This document shows positions 38,358-48,386 of a stretch of DNA of 64,000 nt, piece by piece. The stretch covers positions 448,001 to 512,000 of the forward strand of contig CAXWPJ010000002.1 in NCBI GenBank assembly GCA_963664115.2, given 5' to 3'. The position numbers and the translations under genes were made by a program. Position 1 is the stretch's first letter. Each line of letters starts with the position of its first letter. Below the pieces are notes generated by a model. It was not told the origin of the DNA and searched no databases. It saw nothing but the letters and a program-made list of their open reading frames with translations. This stretch comes from Terriglobia bacterium (GTDB lineage Bacteria > Acidobacteriota > Terriglobia > 20CM-2-55-15).

Positions 38358-40001
38358 CTAATTGTTGTCCCCACCGCCTGATCCTATTTCGAGAGCGGGT
38401 TCGAGAATTTCAGCGATCGGCACGGCTCCCGCATCGTTGCGGACCTCAAGCGGGTTCGCATCGAAATAGCCCGGCCTCACGGTCTCCACGATCTTATTGA
38501 CAGGTCCGTCGAGCGCTTTGAAGAACGGCGCAGGATAAATTCCAATCCAGAAAGCCAAGATAACGAGGGGAACCAGAGTGACCAACTCCCGCAGGTTCAT
38601 GTCAGGCAGTTTCTCGTTGGCAGGATTGTCGAGTTTCCCGAACATCATGCGCTGATACAGCCAGAGCATGTACGCCGCCCCAAGGACAATGCCGGAAGCA
38701 CCGGCCACAGCCCACCAGAGGTTTTCCTGAAGCGCTCCCTGCAGGATCGTGAACTCTCCGATGAAACCGTTAAGAACCGGGAGTCCAATCGATGACATCG
38801 TCATAATCAGAAACACCGTCGCATAGACGGGCATGATTGTTGAGAGTCCGCCAAATTCAGAAATCTCACGCGTATGCCGGCGGTCGTAGATGATGCCTAC
38901 AATCAGGAATAGAGCCCCAGTTGAAATACCGTGGTTGATCTGCTGCAAAATGCTCCCATTCAAACCGTTCGGGTTCAGCGCAAACATGCCCAGCATAATA
39001 AACCCCATGTGGCTCACCGAAGAGTAAGCCACAAGACTCTTCATGTCCTTCTGCATCATCGCGACCAGTGCACCGTAGATGATCGCGATGATCGCCAGCG
39101 TGATCATGTGGGGCCGGAAGTGTACGGCTGCTTCGGGCAAAATGGGCAAGCTGAACCGCACAAAACCGTAGGTTCCCATTTTCAGCAGAACCCCCGCCAG
39201 TATGACCGACCCTGCTGTCGGAGCCTGCACATGCGCATCCGGAAGCCAGGTATGAAATGGGAACATCGGCACTTTGATGGCGAATCCCACAAAGAACACG
39301 AGGAAAACCCAGTACTGGATGTCGAAAGAAAGATACTGGGCCATCGCCTGGAACGCGAGAATGTTGAAGGTGTACCCCGACCCGAACTCATTGGCGATCT
39401 CAGGCACCGCCGCCGCTATCGCGGGATACTGGAAGTAGAGAGACAGAATGCCCAGGAGCAACAATACCGATCCGACGAGGGTGTATAGGAAGAATTTTAT
39501 CGCCGCATACAGCTTCCGTGGTCCACCCCAGACGCCTATCAGGAAGTACATCGGTACGAGCATGACTTCCCAAAACACGTAGAACATAAAGAAATCGAGC
39601 GAGATGAAGACCCCGAGCATGCCGGTCTGTAACATCAACATGAAGATGTAGAATTCCTTGGACCGGTCCTGAATCGATTCCCAGGAGGAAAGGATCGCGA
39701 TGCTGCCCAGCAACGTCGTCAGCAGTACCAGCAAGAGGCTGATCCCGTCGATGCCGACGGAGTACTGCACACCTAAGGCGTCGATCCATGGCACGCTCTC
39801 AGCGAACTGCATTTCCCCGCTGATGTCGTAGTCGAACCAGAAGAACAGAGGGAGCGACACCAGGAAGCCCGCCAGGCCAACAAGGTTGGCCCAGATTCGG
39901 ATCCCTCCCTTGTTCTCCTTGTTGAAAAACATCAGGGCTATCGCGCCGGCCAGAGGCAGGAAGGCCACGATGGTCAGGATGTGTGTTCTATAGAAGTCCA
40001 T
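38358..40001 (-). CDS. nuoM: NADH-quinone oxidoreductase subunit M
   Basis: FYVFWEVMLVPMY, IKVPMFPFHTWLPDAHVQAPT, LLKMGTYG, AYSSVSHMG. Confidence 0.95.
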   Translation of the reverse strand: MDFYRTHILTIVAFLPLAGAIALMFFNKENKGGIRIWANLVGLAGFLVSLPLFFWFDYDISGEMQFAESVPWIDALGVQYSVGIDGISLLLVLLTTLLGSIAILSSWESIQDRSKEFYIFMLMLQTGMLGVFISLDFFMFYVFWEVMLVPMYFLIGVWGGPRKLYAAIKFFLYTLVGSVLLLLGILSLYFQYPAIAAAVPEIANEFGSGYTFNILAFQAMAQYLSFDIQYWVFLVFFVGFAIKVPMFPFHTWLPDAHVQAPTAGSVILAGVLLKMGTYGFVRFSLPILPEAAVHFRPHMITLAIIAIIYGALVAMMQKDMKSLVAYSSVSHMGFIMLGMFALNPNGLNGSILQQINHGISTGALFLIVGIIYDRRHTREISEFGGLSTIMPVYATVFLIMTMSSIGLPVLNGFIGEFTILQGALQENLWWAVAGASGIVLGAAYMLWLYQRMMFGKLDNPANEKLPDMNLRELVTLVPLVILAFWIGIYPAPFFKALDGPVNKIVETVRPGYFDANPLEVRNDAGAVPIAEILEPALEIGSGGGDNN

Positions 40002-40026
40002 GTATCGAAACTCCGAGTGAAATAAT

Positions 40027-40105
40027 GGGTCAGAGCCCTAATTTCCCAACTGAATGCTTTCTCAGCACCGAAATTCGGAAACTAGGGCTCTGACCCCAAT
40101 TTCCC
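40027..40105. repeat. REP-like inverted repeat pair (REPIN-like) between nuoL and nuoM
   Basis: GGGTCAGAGCCCTAATTTCC (40027-40046) vs GGAAACTAGGGCTCTGACCC (40077-40096), 19/20 complementary; each arm is itself an imperfect palindrome. Confidence 0.7.
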
Positions 40106-40106
40106 G

Positions 40107-42173
40107 TTAGACCCAAAACACGTAACCGATTAAAACCAGGACGCCGAGGATCATCATTAACGCATAGTTCTGGACATAGCCGGTCTGGATCAGCCTCACC
40201 GGCCAACTGAATGTCTTCACAAACCCGCCAACAAAACGGACAGCTCCGTCCACGACCCAACGGTCCCACCAACCTGAAACGTCGGCACTCTTTACCGTCG
40301 CCCAGGCGGAACGATTGACCGCGCCGTCCACATAGGTGGCGTCGAACCGCCACAAGCGGGTCCCGAAACTTTTCGATCGGTCGACGAACAGAAAATCATA
40401 GAGTTCATCAATATAGTATTTGCCGAGCAAGACCTGATAAGCCCCTTTATATTGAGTGGCCAGTTCCCGGGCTCGATTGCTCTTTTTGAAATACATCGAA
40501 TACGCGACGAAAAACCCGATGAACGCGATGAGGACGGAAAAAGCTGCCATTGCCGCCTCAAACGCATGTGAATATTCCACAACTTCGGAGACAGCCCCAC
40601 CCGCCGCTGCGGCTTCGAATGGCAGTGGTTCGAAGACAGGCTCCAGAAATTGTTCAAAGGTATTTGTCTCGGCGATCCAGACCGGCAGGCCCACATAGCC
40701 GGCAAAAACGGCGCCCACCGCCAGAACGATCAGTGGAATAGTCATCGCCTTTGGTGATTCGCGGACGTTTACGTGGGGATCCACCCGCGACTCTCCAAAG
40801 AACGTCATGAAGAGCATACGGAACATGTAGAAAGCCGTCATGCCTGCAACGACCACAGCGATACCGTATAAGACGATATTGCCCTGCGGATTTGAAAACG
40901 TTCTCCAGAGAATCTCATCTTTAGAAAAGAAACCGCTCAGCAGGGGTGTTCCCGCAATGGCCAAGGTACCGATAGCCATCGTGGCAAACGTAATCGGGAT
41001 CTTGTTCTTTAACGCGCCCATCTTCCGCATATCCTGCTCGTGATGCACGGAGTGGATCACGCTGCCCGAGCCGAGGAACAGGAGCGCTTTGAAGAAGGCA
41101 TGTGTCATCAGGTGAAAGATGGCCGCAGCGAAAGCACCGACTCCGAGCGCCAGCACCATATATCCAAGTTGGCTCACCGTCGAGTAGGCCAGTACCCGCT
41201 TGATGTCGTTCTGCACCAGCGCGATCGACGCAGCCATCAAGGCGGTCAACGCACCCACAACGGCGACCAGCAGCATTGCCGAGGGCGCAAGCTGGTAGAT
41301 GAAGTTGCTGCGCGCCACCATGTAGACACCGGCAGTCACCATCGTCGCGGCATGAATCAGAGCACTCACAGGAGTGGGACCTTCCATCGCGTCGGGTAAC
41401 CAGACGTAAAGAGGTAGCTGGGCGGACTTGCCGGTTGCTCCGATAAACAGAGCGAAAGCAATTACCACGAAGATCATGTCTCCTGCATGATAAAGACCGC
41501 CTTCAACGCCGGCATGGATGGCCTCGTTGACACCCGTAAACTCAAGCGTACCGAAGGTAAAGAAGATCAACATGATGCCGATCGAGAAACCCCAGTCCCC
41601 AACACGGTTGACAACAAACGCCTTCTTGGCCGCATCGCCGGCACTTCGCTTGGTTATGAAGAATCCGATCAACAGATACGAACACAAACCCACGCCTTCC
41701 CAACCCACGAACAACATCAGGTAGTTGCTGCCGAGGATGAGTGTCAACATTGAGAACATGAACAGGTTCAGGTAGGCGAAAAACCGGTAGTACCCGTCTT
41801 CGTGTGCCATGTAACCGGTGGAATACACGTGGATGAGAAAGCCAATTCCACTAACAACCAGCACCATGACAGCCGAGAGAGGATCCAGCAGGAAACCCCA
41901 TGAGACTTCGAACTGTGCCAGTTCGCCCCCCGAAGTGTGTGCAGCCCCTGCGTTGATCCACTCGAAAACTGTGACCGTATGTGAGCGGGCCTCCTCCTCC
42001 AGGCCAATCAACCCGAGAACAGCGCCCAGCGCGTAAACGAAAGAGAGTAAGACCGAGCCACAGGCAACGGTGTTGATCGCCGCTTTGGGCATCCGCTTGC
42101 CGAACAGCCCGTTGATCACAAACCCCAGGGCCGGGAAAAGGGGTATCAGCCAGATTTGATCCAGGAAATTCAT
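40107..42173 (-). CDS. nuoL: NADH-quinone oxidoreductase subunit L
   Basis: LIHVYSTGYM, GWEGVGLCSYLLIGF, GKSAQLPLYVWLPDAMEGPTPVSALIHAATMV, HAFFKALLFL. Confidence 0.96.
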   Translation of the reverse strand: MNFLDQIWLIPLFPALGFVINGLFGKRMPKAAINTVACGSVLLSFVYALGAVLGLIGLEEEARSHTVTVFEWINAGAAHTSGGELAQFEVSWGFLLDPLSAVMVLVVSGIGFLIHVYSTGYMAHEDGYYRFFAYLNLFMFSMLTLILGSNYLMLFVGWEGVGLCSYLLIGFFITKRSAGDAAKKAFVVNRVGDWGFSIGIMLIFFTFGTLEFTGVNEAIHAGVEGGLYHAGDMIFVVIAFALFIGATGKSAQLPLYVWLPDAMEGPTPVSALIHAATMVTAGVYMVARSNFIYQLAPSAMLLVAVVGALTALMAASIALVQNDIKRVLAYSTVSQLGYMVLALGVGAFAAAIFHLMTHAFFKALLFLGSGSVIHSVHHEQDMRKMGALKNKIPITFATMAIGTLAIAGTPLLSGFFSKDEILWRTFSNPQGNIVLYGIAVVVAGMTAFYMFRMLFMTFFGESRVDPHVNVRESPKAMTIPLIVLAVGAVFAGYVGLPVWIAETNTFEQFLEPVFEPLPFEAAAAGGAVSEVVEYSHAFEAAMAAFSVLIAFIGFFVAYSMYFKKSNRARELATQYKGAYQVLLGKYYIDELYDFLFVDRSKSFGTRLWRFDATYVDGAVNRSAWATVKSADVSGWWDRWVVDGAVRFVGGFVKTFSWPVRLIQTGYVQNYALMMILGVLVLIGYVFWV

Positions 42174-42189
42174 TTTTAACGTTTCGTTC

Positions 42190-42492
42190 TTACCACTTCA
42201 TCAGATCGATTTCGCTGACATTCACTGTTGCCTTATTCGTAAACATAGCGATCACGATACCCAGTCCGACTGCAGCCTCGGCCGCCGCCACGACGATGAC
42301 AAAAATAGCGAACACCTGGCCCGTGACATGCTGCAGTTGTGACGAAAATGCGATGAGGTTGATGTTGACCGCGTTCATCATCAGCTCGATCGACATCAGA
42401 ATAATCAGAACGTTACGGCGGGTGAGAACACCGACCACACCGATCGTAAACAATGCAATACCAAGAAAGAGATAGTGATATACCGGTACCAT
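42190..42492 (-). CDS. nuoK: NADH-quinone oxidoreductase subunit K
   Basis: [25 protein letters not shown]. Confidence 0.95.
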   Translation of the reverse strand: MVPVYHYLFLGIALFTIGVVGVLTRRNVLIILMSIELMMNAVNINLIAFSSQLQHVTGQVFAIFVIVVAAAEAAVGLGIVIAMFTNKATVNVSEIDLMKW

Positions 42493-42504
42493 AAATATTG
42501 TCCG

Positions 42505-43059
42505 CTAATCGCCCGCCCCCTGGCTGTTCCCTGCTGTTTGTCGGGCTTGCTCTTCGGACGGCGGTTTCTTTGAAAGAACGACGGCGCCGATGATGGCCAC
42601 AAGCAGCAGTATCGAAGCGATCTCAAAAGGTAGTAAGTAATTCTGGTACAGAACAGTGCCGACCCACTGGCTGTTCCCTTCGATGACGGTTTCGGCCACG
42701 GGCCCGGCAAACTCGATGTCCCGGCCGCTGTAGAGCCCGTAGCCCAATTCGGCGACGAGGATGGCCGCCACAGCGAGCGCTACCTTTCCCTGTCTGTTGT
42801 ACCGGCGTTCGAAAACAGCCCGGTCTGTCGGGACCAGCATGATTACAAACACAAAGAGAACGAGTATCCCGCCCACGTAAACAATGACCTGAACGCCTGC
42901 GAGAAACTCAGCGTGCAGGCTGAGAAAGACACCGGCCACCGAGAGAAGCGTCGCAGCCAGGAATATCGCACTGTGAACGGCATTCTGTCGGGTTATCAAC
43001 AGAATGGCCGACACCACGGCGACGGTTGCGAACGTATAAAAAACGATCAGTTCAAGCAT
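42505..43059 (-). CDS. nuoJ: NADH-quinone oxidoreductase subunit J
   Basis: NAVHSA, AEFLAGVQVIVYVGGILVLF, YLLPFEIASILLLVA. Confidence 0.95.
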   Translation of the reverse strand: MLELIVFYTFATVAVVSAILLITRQNAVHSAIFLAATLLSVAGVFLSLHAEFLAGVQVIVYVGGILVLFVFVIMLVPTDRAVFERRYNRQGKVALAVAAILVAELGYGLYSGRDIEFAGPVAETVIEGNSQWVGTVLYQNYLLPFEIASILLLVAIIGAVVLSKKPPSEEQARQTAGNSQGAGD

Positions 43060-43081
43060 GCGACAACACCAAAATTCTCAC

Positions 43082-43555
43082 CTACTTCGAGTACAGAACA
43101 GGCTGATTGCCCTCTTCCAGTTTCTGCCGGTCCCACTTCATGTCATTGCGACCATAAAGTGCCAATTCGAAATCCTGCGTCAGCTCCAGGCAGGGTGTGG
43201 GACACGCATCCTCACACAGGCCACAAAACATGCACCGGGACAAATCAAATGTAAACGTGGTCAGTGCTTTCTTCCCCGCTTCAGTCCGATCCCAGGCCAC
43301 TTCGATGCAGTACTCCGGACAGGCCAAAGCGCACAAATTACACGCGATGCAGAGTGTCTCACCCGTTTCTGGATCGTTGTTCAGCCGGGGCGCACCTCGA
43401 TAGCGCTGGGCAACCTTAGGCCGCACTTTCGGATACTGCTCGGTGTAGCTGGCAGAGGGACGCTGGTAAGAAAACGTCAGCATTAATCCCTTGATGAGGT
43501 CGACCAGAAATATTTTTTTCAGCAGAGACAGTCCTTCTGAACGCGCTATCTTCAT
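43082..43555 (-). CDS. nuoI: NADH-quinone oxidoreductase subunit I (2x[4Fe-4S])
   Basis: CIACNLCALACP and CMFCGLCEDACP. Confidence 0.95.
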   Translation of the reverse strand: MKIARSEGLSLLKKIFLVDLIKGLMLTFSYQRPSASYTEQYPKVRPKVAQRYRGAPRLNNDPETGETLCIACNLCALACPEYCIEVAWDRTEAGKKALTTFTFDLSRCMFCGLCEDACPTPCLELTQDFELALYGRNDMKWDRQKLEEGNQPVLYSK

Positions 43556-43559
43556 ATGC

Positions 43560-44594
43560 CTATCCCCTCAGCACCAATACCAGTACAGCAGTAACAATGA
43601 CGTTGCCGATCGCTATCGGCAACAGATACAACCAACCCAAATTCATGAGCTGGTCATAGCGGTAACGGGGCCATGAAGCCCGGAACCAAAGATAAAGATA
43701 TAAGAACATCAGAACTTTCAGGCCGAACCAGACAACACCCGGAATAAGGTCCAGGAAAGCGAGCGCCTCGATATTTGGAAACGGACGGAGCCATCCGCCC
43801 CAGAACAGCGTGACCGTCATCGATGTAATGACAATCATGCTGGCGTACTCAGCCAGAAAGAATAAAGAAAAACGAAACCCGCTGTATTCGGTGTGGAAGC
43901 CCGCCACCAGTTCCGTTTCCGCTTCAGGCATATCGAAGGGCGCCCGATTGGTTTCCGCCACACCACATACGAAAAACAGAATAAAACCAACGGGTTGCAG
44001 AAAAACGTACCAGTAACCCGAGTCCCTCTGCGACTCCACGATATCCACAAGGCTGAGAGAACCGGAGAGCATGAGAACGCCGATGATCGAGAAACCCAAA
44101 GCCACTTCGTAACTCACCATCTGTGCGGCCGATCGAAGCGCCCCTAACAGCGGGTATTTACTGTTTGAAGCCCAACCGCCAAGGATGACGCCGAGAATTC
44201 CAATCGAAGATACCGAGAGCACATAGAGAACACCGATATTGAGATCGGTAATGTAGAGAGAAACGTCCCGCCCCAGGATCGAGATCGTCGGTCCAAAAGG
44301 AATAACGGCAAAGACGATGAAGGCAGGAATCAGGGTAATGATCGGCGCCATCGTGAAGACCATCCGGTCCGCTCCCGAAGGTACGATGTCCTCTTTGAGC
44401 ATCAGCTTCAGGCCGTCTGCTATGGGCTGGAGAAGACCGTAAGGCCCAACGCGCATGGGTCCGAGTCTCACCTGCATGAATGCAATCACTTTGCGCTCAA
44501 GGAGAGTCAGATAGGCCACAACAAGCGACACGACCCCGAAGACCACGCCGATCTTAATCGATGGTATGAGTACGAAATCGACCAGGAAATCCAT
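43560..44594 (-). CDS. nuoH: NADH-quinone oxidoreductase subunit H
   Basis: ERKVIAFMQVRLGP, GLLQPIADGLKL, AETNRAPFDMPEAETELVAGFHTEYSG, PRYRYDQLM. Confidence 0.96.
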   Translation of the reverse strand: MDFLVDFVLIPSIKIGVVFGVVSLVVAYLTLLERKVIAFMQVRLGPMRVGPYGLLQPIADGLKLMLKEDIVPSGADRMVFTMAPIITLIPAFIVFAVIPFGPTISILGRDVSLYITDLNIGVLYVLSVSSIGILGVILGGWASNSKYPLLGALRSAAQMVSYEVALGFSIIGVLMLSGSLSLVDIVESQRDSGYWYVFLQPVGFILFFVCGVAETNRAPFDMPEAETELVAGFHTEYSGFRFSLFFLAEYASMIVITSMTVTLFWGGWLRPFPNIEALAFLDLIPGVVWFGLKVLMFLYLYLWFRASWPRYRYDQLMNLGWLYLLPIAIGNVIVTAVLVLVLRG

Positions 44595-44597
44595 GGT

Positions 44598-45731
44598 TTA
44601 GCGGTCGACCTCCCCGAGCACGATATCGAGAGTCCCGATCACGGCCACCACATCGGCAACCATGTGGCCCGTGACCATCTGACGCAAGGCCTGAAGGTTG
44701 ACGTAGGAAGGCGGGCGGACCCGGACCCGATACGGCAGCGTCGTTTGGTCGCTGACGACGTAATAACCCAACTCCCCTTTCGGGGCCTCGATCGAATGAT
44801 AGATATCCCCAACGGGCGGTTTGATGATTTTACTGACCTTGGCCTTAATGGGTCCGTCCGGTATTTTTTCCACGGCCTGGGCAACGATCCGATTCGACTG
44901 GCGCATCTCCTCGATCCGGCAGAGATAGCGGTCGTAGGTGTCGCCATATTCCCCGACCGGAATCTCGAAATCAAATTCGGAATAGGCCGCGTAAGGATTG
45001 GACTTGCGGATGTCCCATTCCAGTCCGGACGCGCGCAGACAGGGACCGGTGACGCCCAAGTCGATCGCTTCCTCTTTCGTCAGGACACCGACGCCACGCG
45101 TACGGCCGATCCAGATTCGATTCTCAGTGAGCAACTGCTCGTACTCGTCGATCTTTTTAGGGAAATCTTTAACAAACGTCCGCACCTGTTCTTCAAAGCC
45201 GTCATAAATCTCATACTGGAGACCGCCGATGCGGAATATGTGGGTGGTCAACCGGGCACCGCAATAGTTTTCGAAGATCTTCAGCACCTCTTCCCGCTCA
45301 CGGAAGCAGTAGAGAAAGACCGTCATCGCACCGATGTCCAGCGCGTGGGTTCCCAACCACAACAGATGGCTGGATATCCGGTTCAGTTCGGTCAGCAACA
45401 CGCGGACGTACTGCGCCCGAGGCGGCGCTTCGATCCCGAGCAGCCGCTCGATGGCTTCGCAGTATCCCAAACAGTTGGAAACAGCCGCGATGTAGTCCAT
45501 CCGGTCGAGAGTCGGCAAGAACTGACCGTAGGTCTGATGTTCTCCAAGCTTTTCCACACCCCGATGCAGATATCCGATGACACATTCCGCATCAAGCACC
45601 CTCTCCCCGTCGAGCTTCAGTTTGACCTGCAGTACGCCGTGCGTGGACGGGTGCTGCGGCCCCATGCTGAGGGTGATTTCGTTCGAATCGAATAGAGTCT
45701 GTTCGTCAGTTGTCATTTCCTGCTCAGTCAA
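44598..45731 (-). CDS. nuoD: NADH-quinone oxidoreductase subunit D
   Basis: [43 protein letters not shown]; no NiFe CxxC motifs; alternative ATG at 45716. Confidence 0.96.
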   Translation of the reverse strand: MTEQEMTTDEQTLFDSNEITLSMGPQHPSTHGVLQVKLKLDGERVLDAECVIGYLHRGVEKLGEHQTYGQFLPTLDRMDYIAAVSNCLGYCEAIERLLGIEAPPRAQYVRVLLTELNRISSHLLWLGTHALDIGAMTVFLYCFREREEVLKIFENYCGARLTTHIFRIGGLQYEIYDGFEEQVRTFVKDFPKKIDEYEQLLTENRIWIGRTRGVGVLTKEEAIDLGVTGPCLRASGLEWDIRKSNPYAAYSEFDFEIPVGEYGDTYDRYLCRIEEMRQSNRIVAQAVEKIPDGPIKAKVSKIIKPPVGDIYHSIEAPKGELGYYVVSDQTTLPYRVRVRPPSYVNLQALRQMVTGHMVADVVAVIGTLDIVLGEVDR

Positions 45732-45737
45732 AACTTA

Positions 45738-45792
45738 TGAGTTAAAAGCTGTATTCCTTAACTCACAACACTTAACTTTCAACTCTTAACCA
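45738..45792. repeat. Heptamer tandem repeat (nnAACnn x5) with small hairpin between nuoC and nuoD
   Basis: TTAACTC ACAACAC TTAACTT TCAACTC TTAACCA at 45758-45792; TGAGTTAA (45738-45745) pairs with TTAACTCA. Confidence 0.65.
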
Positions 45793-45797
45793 GCCCT

Positions 45798-46547
45798 TCA
45801 GTCGTCCCCATGCTTTGCCTTGCCCACATAGAATTTCTGGCCTGAATCAATGCCCAGGTGCTTTCTCACCCACTCGACGTCCTGCAGGCGGATGTCATAG
45901 TCCTTTCGTAGCGGGAAACCCACCCAGTCCTCCGGCAGGAGAATGCGCTTGAGGTTCGGGTGGTTCGCGAACTGGATACCAAACATGTCGTAGGCCTCGC
46001 GCTCCAGCCAGTCAGCTCCCGGCCAGACACTCACCAGGCTTTCGATCGATTCCCATTCCTTGATGCGCGTCTTCACACGGAGCCGCCCGTGCGTCTCGAA
46101 CGAGAACAAATTAAATACCAGTTCGAATTCCTCGTCCTCAGGCCAGTGGGTGGCTGTTTCATCACTGAGGAAGTCGAAGGGTTCGATTTCATTACGCCGG
46201 AGAAACGCCATGATGTCTGTGATCTGGTCCTTCTTGACGACCAGTTGCCTCTGCGACAGAAACCTATAGCTATCGAGAACTTGAGCGGGAAATTTCTCTT
46301 TCAGGGCATCCACCAGAGCGTCTGACCAGGGTTCCTGCTGTGGACCCTTGGGTTTAGCCGGCGCTGCGGGCTTTTTCGGAGGTGGTTTGGGCACCACCGG
46401 CCTCGCATCGGCTTCCGGTCCCGCAGGAACGGCCGGTTTCGGCCCAGGATCCATCTGGGGTGCTGGGTCCGGCGATGGGGTCTCGTTTCCTCCCGCGCTG
46501 TCGGAATCGGGACTGGATGTCGGTTGTTTTTCGTTATCCTCTGCCAC
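45798..46547 (-). CDS. nuoC: NADH-quinone oxidoreductase subunit C with Pro/Ala-rich N-terminal extension
   Basis: [40 protein letters not shown]. Confidence 0.94.
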   Translation of the reverse strand: MAEDNEKQPTSSPDSDSAGGNETPSPDPAPQMDPGPKPAVPAGPEADARPVVPKPPPKKPAAPAKPKGPQQEPWSDALVDALKEKFPAQVLDSYRFLSQRQLVVKKDQITDIMAFLRRNEIEPFDFLSDETATHWPEDEEFELVFNLFSFETHGRLRVKTRIKEWESIESLVSVWPGADWLEREAYDMFGIQFANHPNLKRILLPEDWVGFPLRKDYDIRLQDVEWVRKHLGIDSGQKFYVGKAKHGDD

Positions 46548-46726
46548 GATGCTGCTTTCTTTGGGAAGGAACCGGTGCTGTGTCTTCGATGGAGCGCCGG
46601 GGCGAGGCCAATTCTTTCGAGCACCTCTACGTCGACGCTAAACGAGTCCTGTTTATCGCGTGCGAACCTGTCATATTAGCGCAGATTCGGACGGAACAAC
46701 AGACGGTATTTCCTTGAAACGATACG

Positions 46727-47782
46727 TCAAGATACGGTTTTCCTGAAGCCTGGCAGATCTGTGGGGGTCATCGCTTTTCGCTGGAGCAGAACCTTCATTC
46801 GCTCCCCCATCATCGGTGGTAACAGCAGGTTCTTGAGCGCCTGCAGGCGTCCTATGGACGCGGCATCGCCTCGGGCGGTGAGCGGCGCCATGAGATCCAG
46901 CAAGCCCAGATCAATCAGAAATTCCATTTGGCTTCGATATCCAACCTGCTCCAGTCCCACACCCGGGCCCCGGTCAATCAAGTCGGAAAAGTTGACGTGC
47001 GCGGTCATATCCTGCTCTCCGATCGCAACATAAGGATTTTCCTCCGTGCGGTGCTGCCGATAACACATCAGGGTCCCTTCCCGACGGGCAAAAAACTCGC
47101 CGCTCAGATATCCGTAGTCCAAAGCCAGGTGATAACCGGTCTCGATGGAGCGGCCGATGCTGTCGATCCAAGCCCTCGCGTCGAGGCTGACATCAGCCCG
47201 ACACCCTTCCTGAAGGAGCGGTAACTCCAGGGGAAGCTCGGGGTCACCCTCCACTTCGATGAAACCGTCGGACACGAACAATTCTCGAAGTGTTCCCTGA
47301 CGCCGAACGAATCGACGCACAGGCAATGCGTCGAAGAACTCGTTTGAAAACACACAACCCCGAATCTCAGAAGGCAATGCGTCACGCCAATCCACTTCGA
47401 AGCGCGCCAGCGTCTCCTGCTGCCGCTGACGCATGGCAGAGCTTTTCTCAACAATGATGTAGGGAACGCGGGGGGGAATGCGTTCTGACTCCAGAATGTG
47501 CCTGGCAAGCAAGCCTGTGCCGGCCCCGATCTCCACAAGGCAGAAATCTTCGATGTCCGCCGCCATTCGGGCAAAGAGCTTTGCCAGCAGCATTCCCATC
47601 GCCGGATCGACATTCGCGGCGGTATAAAAATCACCCTCCGGACCAATCGGGCTCTGGGCCTGGACGTAATAACCGTATTCCGGATGGTAGAGCGCCAGAT
47701 CCATGTACTCGCTAAAGGCGAGCGGGCCGCGTTCATGGATGATTTGCTGGAGGTGTGAGATGAGGTGGGGGTTGCCGGACAT
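46727..47782 (-). CDS. NDUFAF7/MidA-family SAM-dependent (protein arginine) methyltransferase
   Basis: YMDLALYHPEYGYY, GPEGDFYTA, EIGAGTG, SNEFFDALP, DYG, GEQDMTAHVNF. Confidence 0.9.
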   Translation of the reverse strand: MSGNPHLISHLQQIIHERGPLAFSEYMDLALYHPEYGYYVQAQSPIGPEGDFYTAANVDPAMGMLLAKLFARMAADIEDFCLVEIGAGTGLLARHILESERIPPRVPYIIVEKSSAMRQRQQETLARFEVDWRDALPSEIRGCVFSNEFFDALPVRRFVRRQGTLRELFVSDGFIEVEGDPELPLELPLLQEGCRADVSLDARAWIDSIGRSIETGYHLALDYGYLSGEFFARREGTLMCYRQHRTEENPYVAIGEQDMTAHVNFSDLIDRGPGVGLEQVGYRSQMEFLIDLGLLDLMAPLTARGDAASIGRLQALKNLLLPPMMGERMKVLLQRKAMTPTDLPGFRKTVS

Positions 47783-47806
47783 TCCTTGTCAGCACTCAGG
47801 GGACCA

Positions 47807-48376
47807 CTAAATCTTCATCTTGATTCGATCCATTTCAGTCAGTGCCGCTTGCGCAATACGTCGGTCATCTCTAATCTCGTCCAAGCCGGTGTCTGTCGGT
47901 TTCTTAGTGATCGTCATGCGGTCGATTTTGTCTTGCAGCCGCATTAGCCCGTAGAGCAAAGCCTCGGGGCGGGGGGGGCATCCCGGAACGTATACATCCA
48001 CGGGAACCACATGGTCCACACCCTGCAGAACCGAATACGTGTCGAAGGGTCCACCCACATTCGAGCAAGCACCCATCGAAATGACCCACTTGGGATCGGG
48101 CATCTGATCGTAGACGCGACGCACAATGGGCGCCATCTTGAGAGTAACCGTGCCGGCAACGATCATCAGGTCCGATTGTCGGGGGCTGGGTCGGAATATG
48201 CCTGCACCGAAACGGTCCATGTCGAAGCGGGAGGCCCCAGTAGCCATCATCTCGATCGCACAGCAAGCCAACCCGAACGTCATAGGCCACAGGGCCGATT
48301 TACGAGCCCAGTTGAAGACGGTGTCGACAGTGGTCGTTACGATGTTCTGTTCGAAGCGGTTGTCTATCCAGGCCAT
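47807..48376 (-). CDS. nuoB: NADH-quinone oxidoreductase subunit B
   Basis: [44 protein letters not shown]. Confidence 0.96.
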   Translation of the reverse strand: MAWIDNRFEQNIVTTTVDTVFNWARKSALWPMTFGLACCAIEMMATGASRFDMDRFGAGIFRPSPRQSDLMIVAGTVTLKMAPIVRRVYDQMPDPKWVISMGACSNVGGPFDTYSVLQGVDHVVPVDVYVPGCPPRPEALLYGLMRLQDKIDRMTITKKPTDTGLDEIRDDRRIAQAALTEMDRIKMKI

Positions 48377-48386
48377 TTGTCGCTCC

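Noticed and set aside
44664-45695. 343-aa plus-strand ORF
   Set aside because: Antisense shadow of nuoD with no motifs; typical of GC-rich codon bias
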